This document shows, one piece after another, positions 12,971 through 24,191 of a DNA stretch of 64,000 bases (the stretch's first letter is position 1; every line of letters begins with the position of its first letter). The DNA comes from Phaeosaccion multiseriatum (taxonomy: Eukaryota; Protista; Ochrophyta, other classes). A program made the translations under genes and the position numbers. The DNA lies in NCBI GenBank assembly GCA_965112735.1, contig OZ218962.1, forward strand, positions 682,001-746,000, written 5' to 3'. The notes under the pieces were generated by a model. It ran no database searches. It worked only from the letters and a program-made list of their open reading frames with translations, and was not told where the DNA came from.

Positions 12971-13925
12971 ATGTGCGTGTTCCTACGTGCGCATGTCCTG
13001 GTCGGCCCATTTGCTAAAGAGGGGCAGTGCGAGTCCCTGGATGGAGGCACCGCTGCACACGCGGAGTGCGGAGAGCTTTCAGTGAAGAGCGCAGTCCAAA
13101 GCATCTCATAAGGTGCCCTTTATTTATTTACCAACACCCAATAAAGTCTCAACTTGCCCCCCTCGCCCCTTCAAAAGAGTCGAGCAAGCACTCTCCAGCA
13201 CTCGCCTTCTAAGCATCAGGTACGAATCATCGGGGGCGATGCCATTCACTCGACTGAGCCGCGCTGGGCTTCGGTCTGCTGCCTCCGCCCTCTTCCTGAG
13301 AGAGAGAGAGCGCCCAATCGCCGCATCAGTGACCACACGCTCACCTCTCGTGAGAGACTGCCTGGCGCGGCGTTGCAGCAGCTCGAAGGACACAGTGATG
13401 CCGATGGACTGTAGCTGGACTGTAGCTAGTGGGGCCAACGCGTCCTCTCCTGCCGCTGTAGCACCAACTGCTCCCCTTGCCGCACCACACATGACTCTGC
13501 AGGGCCGTGCGGAGGGAAACAAAGACGGATACGTGGTGTGTGCTCGGCAGCAGCAGGGGCAGACTGGTGCAGTTGTGGTGCCGGAGGTCGCGCTGGGAGG
13601 GGGAGATATCGTCAGTGCCGATGCAAGTCCCCCCCCAAGTCCCTCCTCTCCTCCTCCTGCTCTGAAGTGGTGGCTGCTGAGTGGAACGCAGAAGAGAGAC
13701 AACAGCCAGTAATATACATTCGCTTGCTCTCTGATTCTCTTCCACTCGTGCTTCTTCCCCCATCTGTGCTGCTGCTTAACCCTAACCTCAAAGTCGTTTC
13801 ATCCTCCCCATGCCATCCGCCTCCCCTCACAAGTGTTCCGCCCCACCCTGTCACTGTCATTCGCTCAAGAGTAGTCCCCCTCGACTCGCTCGGTCGCTTC
13901 GAGGCCATGATTCTTATCCCCCTTT

Positions 13926-15842
13926 TCAATGCGTTTCGTGCTTCGCCCACCTGGAGTCGTCGTCGGCTCCACGCATACCTGCGGCCACTTCCAGCATGGT
14001 CTCGGAACAGACGCCCCTCTCCTGCGGCGGTAAGCCCCTCTCCTTGCCGAAGGTCGAGTCGCACGTCCGCATAATGTCCGCAGGGCTTTGCGAGTCGAAG
14101 TATCGCTTGTCTGCCATCAGAAGACGATCACGGACCTCTTGCAGGACACCAAGCTCTCGAGCAGCAGTCAGAGCCTTGCCCACAGACGCCCCTGCGCAGA
14201 GAAGCTCGTGCATCACCCCTCCACGATTGCGGTGTGCTGCGAAGAGGAGGGGACTTCTTCCGATGTCATCCTTGATATCCACCGCAGCCCCGGCCTTGAG
14301 CAGGATGTGCAGGGCGTGCCCATGTCCTTCGATCGCAGCATAGTGCAGAGCAGTACTGCCGTGGTTGTCATGTCGATTCACGTCTGCCCCTGCCGATACG
14401 AGCTCACGCAGCACCTCAGCATTTCCACTATCCGCTGCAAACATGAGAGCAGTCATCCCCTCCTTGCCATGTCGATCCACGTCTGCCCCTGCCGATACCA
14501 GCTCACGCAGCAACTCAGCGTGTCCATTATGCGCTGCCATTATGAGAGCAGTCATCCCCTCATCATCGGCTGCATCCACCTCAGCCCCGGCCGTGAGCAG
14601 GATGTGCAGGGCATGCCCATGTCCGGCTTCCGCAGCGTAGTGCAGAGCAGTAGACCCCTCCGCGTCATGTCGATCCACGTCTGCCCCTGCCGATAGGAGC
14701 TCACGCAACACTTCAACGTGTCCTTTAGCCGCTGCCATCATGAGAGCAGTAACCCCCTTATCATTGGCTGTATCCACCTCAGCCCCGGCCGATACCAGCT
14801 CACGCAGCAACTCAGCGTGTCCATTAAGCGCTGCCCCCTTGAGAGCAGTCATCCCCTTATCATCGGCTGCATCCACCTCAGCCCCGGCCGTGAGCAGGAT
14901 GTGCAGAGCATGCCCATGTCTGGCTGCAGCAGCGTAGTGCAGAGCAGTACGCTCCTCCGCGTCATGTCGATCAACGTCTGCCCCTGCTGATACGAGCTCA
15001 CGCAGCACCTCAGCGTGTCCACATTGCGCTGCCACCATGAGAGTAGTAACCCCCTTATCATTGGCTGCATCCACCTCTGCGCCAGCTGCCAAAAGCCTCC
15101 TCACTATGCAAGCATGGCCCTCGCTACTGGCCAGATACAGTGGCGAATATCCGCCCCTCCGCAGTTGGTTCACATTCGCATTGGCCGCAAGGAGCAGCCT
15201 CACAACCCCCTCATAATTGCCCCGTGAAGCTGAGCTCAGAGGTGTAGCTCCGTTGTTGTCGACCTTGTCCACATTGGCGCCCCCCGCGATTAAAGCTCTG
15301 ACGACTTCTGTGTGTCCACGCTTTGAAGCTGTACTCAAGGCCGTCCCCATGTCACCTGCTTGATCTAAATCAGCACCAGCCTCCATCAGTATCTGCACGA
15401 CGTTCAGATGGCCATGTATGCAAGCCCCCATCAATGGTGTGCAATCGTCAGGAGTCATCGCTTCGTGGTTTGGAGATGCCCCTTCCCCCAATAGAAGACC
15501 CACGATGTCTGCTCTGCCCGCCGTCGCCGCTACAGTCATTGGGGGGTGCCCCTCAGCACAAATCGCGGCATCGAGGCAAGCCTTCCTTCCCCTCTCTTTA
15601 GCGACAAGGGCGCTGATGGCTCGCTTGACATTCTTGATAGTCTCCCCCCCGCGGATGGCGTCGTAGAGGCGCGTGGCCTGTCACGGCAGTCGGAAGAGAG
15701 TCGAGGAGCGAGAGAGGTGTAAGCGAGGGAGGAGGCAAGGCCACCCGATAGGTTGTCCTTTTGCCAGACGTGGATCGAGGAGGAAAAAATAACGTACCTC
15801 TCCGCTCACTCGGGGGGGTCCCCCACTGCTCTGGGACGCCAT
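13926..15842 (-). CDS. Ankyrin-repeat protein copy 3, ~598 aa
   Basis: Exon 1 15798-15842, intron 15678-15797, exon 2 15677-13926; open frame with ~14 repeats. Confidence 0.92.
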
Positions 15843-16031
15843 GCTGGGGCGCCTTCTCTGCACGTCTCAAAGAATCCTCAACAAGACCGATTTATACTGT
15901 ACGCCGCGATTATTTTTTTTTTTTTCGAACCATCGACTCGTAAACTCGCTCTCCTCGTTTTTCCTTTTTTTTTTTTTTTTTCTTCCTTCCTCTTTCTCCC
16001 TCCCTCCTCTCCTTGGAAAACTTGTCTACAG

Positions 16032-16578
16032 TATGGCGAAGGCTGAGGAAGACTTTGAGGGCTTGGAGGAGGACGATGAGCCTGCGGACGACGATTTCGA
16101 CGCCATCCGAAGGAGAAATAAGGTACGAACTGGGAAGAGTTTTAGTAGTACCACGCAGTCCCGTGTAAAGGGGGAGGATGGAGCTCCTCCCGCAGCCCCT
16201 GACTTCCCTTCCTTCGTCGTTCTCTAGTTGATGCGCGAGCAGGAGAAGGAGATGGGGTTTTGGGAAGGCATGCAGAACACAAATGTGGGCAAGGGAACAG
16301 GAGCGGAGGCAGGAGGGAAGTGGCGAAGTGGAGACAAAGGGAAAGGCGGAAGAACGATCGGAGAGCAGGGGGGACGGGGAGGAGGAAGAGGAGGGGGGGG
16401 TGGGAAAGGGCGGGGAGAGGGCGGGAAAGGCGGTGGTGGTAGCGGAGGCGGCGGGGAGAAGGGCGGAGAAGACATGTCCAAGCTGGAGAAGAGGCGAAAG
16501 GACGCCAACAAGGCGAAGGTTGGCAATCACGACAGGAAGGCAGCGCAGCGGAAGAAGGCGGCCAAGGGTGGCTTCTGA
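16032..16578 (+). CDS. Two exons resembling the C-terminus of ASCC2/Cue3 (5' part not in window)
   Basis: Exons 16032/3-16122 and 16228-16578. Acidic stretch, Gly-rich linker, then RRKDANKAKVGNHDRKAAQRKKAAKGGF, similar to the ASCC2 tail KEANKA..ANHNRR. Preceded by a polypyrimidine tract and CAG acceptor. Confidence 0.6.
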
Positions 16579-17130
16579 TGACAACATACCCTGAGAGGCG
16601 ATGTGTATCGTGGATACGAAGGCACCCTCTTGTCCCTACCCAGCCGCACTCTTATATATCCACGGGAGTATGAATTCTACTTCTCGGCGCAGAAGGAACT
16701 TGCCTGCATGGCTCACCGTGCTATTGCGCCTCGGCCGCGAGTAGCTCAAAGTGACCGATGCTCGTGTGGAGCACACACCAGCGCAGGCATGTACACCCTC
16801 CTCGACAGGGGGCATAGTCCTAGGTATGGCCTCGACGTCGACGCAGGGGTAGGCGCTGCCCCAGGCCTCCCGCCCCCCGCGATCTCGAGGCGGCGTGTCC
16901 AACCCACAACCAGGGACAAGACGCAGGAGGAGGAGAGGAGGGGGGCGGCGGTCGAGGAGCACGTACGCACATGGCCATTCGGAAATCCGGCAGACTTGTG
17001 ATGGCAGCGGGGCACTTTGGAGCACAAACCGCACGTCGGGTCAGTGGTGGTGTTCCTCCTCCCTCCCCCCCTTTTCGCATGGGGTGGATCTGCAGACTGA
17101 CTGCTGAGGGGTTTGCGCGGGTGTCAAGCG

Positions 17131-17530
17131 TAGAAGTACAGCCGCGATGACCACAGCTGCTGTGGTGTGCCACTACCATAGCACGGGCCTGAAGTGATCA
17201 TATGCCATATCATCCGATTGAAGTTGAAAGGCCAGCGCGGTTTTCAGAAGCGCAGAGGCTTTGAAGGACACGGCGAGATCCGACGCTCCCAGAAGGCCAT
17301 CTTTCAAGGCGCCAAGATAGCCGCCCGCAGGCACGAGCTATCTTGGCGCCTTGGAAAATGGCATTCTGGCAGCGTCACATCACGCCGGTGTGTCCTCCAA
17401 AGCCTCTGCGCTTCTGAAACCCGCGATGGCCTTTCAACTTCAATCGGAAGATATGGCGTATGATCACTTCAGGCCCGTGCTATGGTAGTGGCTCACCAAG
17501 GCAGCTGTGGTCATCGCGGCTGTACTTCTA
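17131..17530. other. 400-bp foldback (candidate hairpin RNA/pre-miRNA or MITE)
   Basis: 17131-17321 is the reverse complement of 17337-17530, with ~15 mismatches and one 3-nt bulge; 15-nt loop. Confidence 0.9.
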
Positions 17531-18339
17531 AACGAGCGAGCACACCTTACCAGAACAGCACAGCATAGGTCTAGCAAAGAAGCGTCGTCTGCCAACCGGA
17601 AGGAAGGAGGCAAGATAGAGCGCCGGCTCAGCACCTTGTCCAAGAAAAACAAACACATCTTCGCTCCTTCGGCTGGGCAGGGAAGGAGGGAGGGAGGGCG
17701 ATGAATGGAGGAGAGAGTGAGAGAGTTGAGAGAGAGTGTGTGCCCAGAGCCGCTGCTGGAGGGGAGTGGCCTATTGGAAGGATGAGGCTAGTGGAGCACC
17801 TCTCTCCCTCGGCCAGCAGCACCAGCAGCAGATGCAGCGGCGGCGGAAGAGGAGGCAGGAGCACTCACCCCGTACCTCCTCCTCCTCCTCCTCCTCCTCC
17901 TCCTTGCCCGTGTGGCGAACCGATTGATATGCAAGTCGGACAAGAGAGAGCCGGGGCATGTTGGGGGGGGGTATAACAAGGACGGAAGTCGCATCCAAGC
18001 TCTGAAGGGGAGGGTAGACACTTCGACCGTAACCGTAACCATATAAAGACATCTTTTCACCAACCATTCACAGAGAGTGCGACGATGCCGTACCACTCTG
18101 TCGTATGCATTATTCCTCTTCATCCTTCTGAAAGAGCGTTACGCGGTATCTCCCCACCCATTCTGTTGTGTCGGGTGTGTGCCCGACCCGCCGCTCTGCC
18201 CGAAGTACAGGACACACATCCTTAGAGCTCAGCTGCAAGCAAACAAATCAGTAGAGTGCTGGACATGCCTTCTCTTCTTGGCTCTCCACAGAGCTTTCCA
18301 GGTGATGTTTACACAGTTTCTTGGCGGTCATAAGTGGGG

Positions 18340-19017
18340 TCAAAGGCCTCTCATCGGAGCTCCAAATAGAGTGTCCAAATGCTCGACGTACCCGGCAGGG
18401 GAGGCCATCCCTCGCCAAGAGAGAAAACGCGCCGCTCCCTTCTCCGCCCCTCTCGAGCCTCTTGTTCGCACCGCCACCCTCGTCTCTACCCAGACCGTTC
18501 CCAGGCGACGAGCCCGAGGAGGAGGTTGAGTTGAATGGCGCCCTCCAGCACCCACGAATACTTTCCCGCCCAGCCTTGCCCTCCTATCCATCCTCCGCCC
18601 CCTTCCCCCCCTCCTGCTCCCATTACGGCCGCAAACAAACCCGATACGACCACCAACCCGTGTCGACGGCCGATGGTGGCGGCGATAAACTGCACAGGCC
18701 CGGCCTTGCGTAGGATGAGAAAGGCCACCTTCTCCCTCCAGTACAAGAGGAGGCCGCTGAGGAGGAGATGACACACAAACTGGGGTGCACTATCCTTCCC
18801 CAGCTCCACTGCTGCTGCTGCTGCTGCTGCTGCTGTGTCTTGAGTGCTTGAGCCTGGGCTGGGCGTCCAGCTGCATCTGATGTCACGTACAGAGAGAGAG
18901 GGGGAAGGGGGGGAGGGAGGGCGAGGGGCATAGAGATCAGAAGGAGAGAGAGGCGGAAAGAAAGAGAGACAGAGGGAGATATCTAGCGTGGAGAAGGCCG
19001 AGGGAAAGAAGCAGCAG

Positions 19018-19059
<42 letters not shown>

Positions 19060-19592
19060 GAGGGGGAGGAGGAGGAGGAGGAGGAGGAGGAGGAGGAGGA
19101 GGAGGAGGTTGCTGCTCCCAGTAAGCCTCCTACTCTGCTTGGACCGTATACCACCGCATATGTCATACCTGCTAGTGTCGCTGCTGCTGCTACTTCCCAG
19201 CAGACTAGAGAGGCAAACTGCCATGTCTCCGCCCTCCCAAATGAGCGCGCAGGGCAGGAGCAGGAGGAACGACAGGATGGTGATGAGTGCGAAGGCTTTG
19301 CTGCCGCTCAGCGGCCGAACGGACGACTGCTGCCGCAGCTTTTCTGCCTTGTCCAACGCGTGCGTGGTGTAGATGGATCGCATGGCTGGCGATGGCAGGG
19401 GGTGGTAGGGGGTGGCAGTGGTGGGTTAGAAAGGACGGGGCTCGGTCGTGCGGAAGACCCTCGCGAGAGAGAGGGGAATACATGGCACGGCACAGATGGT
19501 GAGTCGCGAGGAAGGACACACATACACAGAGACAGACAGACAGACAGACACCACACAGACAGACAGACAGACAGACAGAGAGACAGACAGGC

Positions 19593-19667
<75 letters not shown>

Positions 19668-19761
19668 AAAAGAGAAACATAGAGAGGGAGAGAGGGAGAG
19701 AAAGAGAGAGACGGAGAGAGAGAGAGGAAAAATAGAGAGAGCGAGAGAGAGAGAGGAGAAT

Positions 19762-19795
<34 letters not shown>

Positions 19796-20782
19796 GGAGC
19801 CTCAGATGGTGGGGAGGTGTGCGAAGGATGGAGAGACCCCAACGCCGCACCTGACGCGACGTTCGCTCCCGTGGCTACACCGAAGGCAGACAGAACGCCA
19901 CCACTCATCCTGCCGTCCTCCCACGCCTGCCTTGCACAAGCCCAGCCCATCCCCAAGAGGAAGAGCTGCAGCAGGCGATAGCGAAGGCCGCTTCCTCCTG
20001 CTCCTCCGGCGCCTGCTCCTGGTGATGATGGTGATGAAGATGACGATGATTGGGTAGACGTAGCGCTGCTCGCTATCCGCCCACGGGTTTTGGCGGGTGC
20101 CAAGAGCAGCCAGCTCAGCAGACATGTGACGAGAGGCTCTGCCTCTCGAGTCTGGTGCAAGAAGGCGAAACTGAAATTGCTGCGCAGCAGAGCACATAGC
20201 TCGGCAGGGTGCGCGATCATGTGCCACAGGCTGATGGGGCGGTGAGTCCGGAGCTGCTTCCACTTGAAAATCGGCATTCTTCGGATGCCCAGGACCCAGC
20301 CGAGGAGCAGAGCAAGCACGGCGATGCCTGAGCGAGAGAGCGGCAGAACAATAGGAGCAGAGGAGGAAAGCGACAGCAGCAGTACCAGACATGCATTGAG
20401 GGGATGAGTTAAATACTCTGTCCTTCGATCGCAAACGCGAAGAAGCGTGGAGATCAAGATTCAGAGAGAGGGGTTTGCGCCAACCAGGGGGCTGATTTTG
20501 CCGCGGTTCTCGGCCTCCCCACCAGCAACAAATCTGGCAAGTCGACCTCCGTTTTCGCATGGCGCGATACCACCCCGTCGTTCCGCACTCACCTTTTTGG
20601 GCCAATGATACCGTCAGTGGTAGAGGGAGAGTAGAGAGAACAGGTTTGGTATAAATGTCGTACAGTAGGGCTAAGCAGATCCATAGACCACACAGAGGCC
20701 ACACGGACTTGCTGCGCCTACCGCTACTGGTGGCGCTGCTATGACCATTGCCGCCTCGAGCCTGCGCAGGGCTCGAAGACAT
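18340..20782 (-). CDS. Divergent triose-phosphate/nucleotide-sugar transporter (TPT/DMT family), multi-exon; 3' end approximate
   Basis: WICLALLYDIYTKPVLSTLPLPLTVSLAQ; HQTREAEPLVTCLLS; ANVAS/AMRSIYT; FALITILSFLLLLPCALIWEG; VAFLILRKAGPVQF follow the TPT motif order. Confidence 0.72.
19530..19795. repeat. (GACA)n then (GA)n microsatellite, intronic
   Basis: Read directly from the sequence. Confidence 0.95.
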
Positions 20783-21196
20783 GCTCTCTGGGGCTCGCGG
20801 GTTGTACCGCTCTGCTAGTCTCCTCCCGGCTCTCGTGGCTTGAGGTTGTGAGACAGCTTGTTTGTCGTTTCTTGGGCACTGATACGCCACCACAAGCCGA
20901 CCGCCTGCCTATAGAGACGGAGGAGAAGACCGGAGATGGGGGAGGAGAGAAAAAGCGATTTTGTAATTTTGACCGTTAAGTGCCATCTCCATGCCTAAAA
21001 GTAACGATTTCACGCCCCCCCCCCCCCGTTCCTTCATATCCCTTCGTGTTACCCGTGATCACAGAAGAGAAGAAGACCCATTCTTTATTGATAGTTATCA
21101 TAGAGCAAGAGAAGCGCATCCAGTCCTTATCGATAGTTATACAGAGCAAGAGCCACCCCTGTGGTTGTCCTGAGCCGAGTTCTGTCGACATACATA

Positions 21197-21334
21197 GATC
21201 CTCGGCCCCAGGCGAGGTTTCTCTACGGCCTGACCAGTAGAAGCCAGTCACCAGCGGGAAAGAGCGAGAAAGCCAGAAGCCAGAGACGGCCTGCGGCCGA
21301 GAAGCCAGAGAAACCTCGCCTGGGGCCGAAGGTC
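21197..21334. repeat. 28-bp inverted repeat pair around an ~82-bp AGCCAG-rich spacer
   Basis: gatcctcggccccaggcgaggtttctct ... agagaaacctcgcctggggccgaaggtc (2 mismatches). Confidence 0.85.
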
Positions 21335-22454
21335 CAGAGCGCTGCTCGCGGTAGTGGTGGGGTTGGACCCCTCGCTGCACTCCCCTCCGGTCTCTGGTCT
21401 CCAACAGCCGGCAAGCCAGGGGCACAGCCTGCGATAAAGCCAGAGGCGAGGTGGTCTTTGGCCAAGGCCAGACCAAGCCAGCGGCCGCTCCCAGCAGCCA
21501 TCGCCAGAGGGCTAAACCAGAAGTCTCCCTCCTTTACCAGCCCCTTCCACCAGGAACAAAGCTGAGCTCTGAAGCGAGTTGGCCCCTTCCCATCCCCTTC
21601 TCTGACTCACTGGCCAGCTGTAGGAGTCCGTCTCACCCACAAAGCGTGCGCCGCCACAATCACGGGGGGGAAGCCTTGAGAGAGCAGCGGAAGACAAAAG
21701 CAACGGCCTTCCTGCGCCTGCTTCCTCCGTCTGCTTCCTCCGCCCTCGATCCTCGCTCGCTCGCTGTCTCTCCCCCTCTCGCCACTCTGCCACCTCTCCC
21801 TCTCCCTCGCCTTCGCCCCTCATCTCTCTCTGTCTCTCCCTCGCCCTGCAATTGTTCGTTATGGCAGGACTTCAGGCGAGCAACAAGAGCTCAGTCAGGG
21901 CCGCTGCCCTCGCCTGTGCTCTGACTCTCCGACGGCGGCTCTCTGAAGACCCAGGCATTCCTTGCCTTACCACCCATACACATGCACATTTTTTGCGGTG
22001 TCTCTTTCGTCGCCCCGCACGCCAGCACACATTCTTCACAGTACATATACGCTATATACTCACGGACGCTTCCCCCCCTCCCCCCCTTTTCTCTCCCCCA
22101 GAAGGAGCAGTCGAGGCGCTGTCGAGGCGCTGCTGCTGCTCACTTTGGCCTGGGAAGTATGCGTACGTGCACACAAATGCACGTACATGCAAGCCCCTCC
22201 AACGCCTCCGCGGTCGGCCCGTCCTCCCTCCCTTTCTTTTCGCCCCACTCCACATTAGCCAACCCCTGAGGCCCTCCCTCGCATGACCTTAGATAAGCGG
22301 AGGTACGAGAGATACACCAAGGCGTACCTCCTCCCCCCCTTCCTCTTTGCCTGCTCACACGTCACAAGCGAGACAGCCCCTCGAGGCCGTCCCATTTCCC
22401 TACGCACACGCACGCACCCACATCGCCCGCACGCCCCGGCCATCAGCCTGCCCA

Positions 22455-23723
22455 TTAGTACTTCCCACTCCGCCCTCCTCCTCCTCCTCCTCCTCCTCCT
22501 CCTCCTCCTCCTCCTCCTCCTCCTTCCGCCCAAGCCCAGTCGTCGTTGGTGACCAAAGTGGGTGCCAGAGAGATGGACTGCATGGAAAGCGCGGACTGCG
22601 ACGACTGCATCGCTCGCATGGCGTCCGGAAGGTCACGATCATCCATACCTGTCTCCGCATCCCTGCTCGCTCCCGTGCTCCCCCCCTCCCCCCCGGGCCG
22701 TGCCATTTTCTCGCGCGTCCCAGTAGGGGACAGAGTTTGCACCGTCGCTTTTGTGCACACGACGGCCCCCACAATCACCACCAGCAGCGCACCAGCCAAG
22801 GCCAGACCTCCCACGGCGAGCCACTTCTTTTCGAGCCCAGCAAAGGTGTCGTTGTTCCCATTGCCGGACGTCCCATTCGCTGGGCCATCACCTTCCTCGC
22901 CCACATCCTCCACTGGAATCTCGCATTCAAAATCTGGGCACATGAGCAGGGTATCGCAGCTCAGGTCGTCTCCCGCCGTGCTGGAGGCAACCAAGTCCAG
23001 CACTCCCCGTCGAGTGTAGCAGATATTGCACACATCGGCATCGGTGCCATACGCGCCACATTTGGCCCCCTTTGCGTAGTCGGCAGCGTTTTCACAGTTC
23101 GAGTCGCACACCTGTAGGGGATGGGTGGACGACGTATTTGATCATTCGCGTTTGATTGAGGGGGGGGTGCCCGAGAAGGGCAGAAGGGAGGGCGGGCTTA
23201 GAGGAGTTTGTTCATTGATGCATATGTGTGTCTGTGCGTGTGCGTGTGTGGGTGAGTGTCTGTGTGTCTGTGTGCGTGTGGGCGTGTGTGTGGGCGTGTG
23301 TGTAGATTCCTCCGGCCTCCCGGGACTGAGTACTCACCAGTCGCGTTCCCTCACTCTGCAACTTCAGTCGAACTCCAGCGGCATCGAGAGGAAAGAGCAG
23401 GATAGGCGGACTTTCGTCCAGCGAATCGTTACACTCCGTAGCACAGACCGTCTCTTCTACGCTCTATTCAGCGCGGAGGGCAGGCAGGACAGGAGGGGGG
23501 GGGGAAGGATGTGAGGGCGACTGCAGATATCTCATGCTCCACAGTTGTTCTCCGTAAGTCTTCCATTTGGTGTATTCGTTCTCTCCATGCCACACGGAGA
23601 GGCTTTTGCTCGACATCCTCACACACGCCAAATGCATCCTGGACGAAGGAAATTTCCTCATACCTGTGCGTTGACCGAGTTTACTTGCAGAAGCAGGCCT
23701 ACGGTGAGAAATAGAAATTTCAT
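22455..23723 (-). CDS. Type I membrane protein: signal peptide, Cys-rich ectodomain, one TM helix; further 3' exons possible
   Basis: MKFLFLTVGLLLQVNSVNAQ | SVEETVCATEC..GTRL | VCDSNCEN..CPDFEC..WLAVGGLALAGALLVVIVGAVVC, joined by phase-0 GT-AG introns. Confidence 0.75.
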
Positions 23724-24191
23724 CGTGCCTCCCTTCATCCGTCGGGGCTGCTGCTGCTGACAATACAGTGGGCTGCTGCTGCTGCGACTGCGACTCGTGT
23801 TTGTGCTGCTTCGGCCCCTCCGTCTGCACAAAGGTTTCTTGAGCACACCCCTTGCTCCACAGCTAATAATGCTGCTGCTGCCGGCTCCCAGATCCAGCAG
23901 TGGCATAACCAAAAAAAAAGGCACAAGTAAGTCTTCAAGGACCCCAAGCGCCTTCCACTCTCTCTCTTTCTCTCTGCTGCAATACAGGCTACACCAGCCT
24001 TGACTTTTATTACCTGCCTGTGTGTGCCCTCTATATTTTCTCGAACGGGTGCTTTTTTTATACGGGGGCTTTGGCTTCCTCTCAAGGGGCCACGCCTTTG
24101 GGGGTCATGGCCCTTTTCAGGTGAAACTGGAAACTGGACCATCCATGTGAAACTGAAATTCCTGCTAAATTTTTTCTTCCGTTTGTTTCGA

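Larger units (their letters stand above)
1..15910. repeat. Tandem segmental duplication, ~5.78-kb unit (partial 1-4350; 4351-10130; 10131-~15910)
   Basis: The same sequence recurs at 1, 5701 and 11491 (caggca[a/g]gcaaccgctgctg) and at 4351/10131. Homology ends at ~15910. The array starts upstream of the window. Confidence 0.97.

Noticed and set aside
1-15910. Tandem units as a pure assembly artefact
   Set aside because: Copies carry distinct in-frame ankyrin modules and private indels, which is unlike duplicated reads of one locus. Long-read confirmation is still advisable.
18988-19854. Poly-Q/E and RQTD-repeat ORFs
   Set aside because: These are translations of intronic microsatellites.
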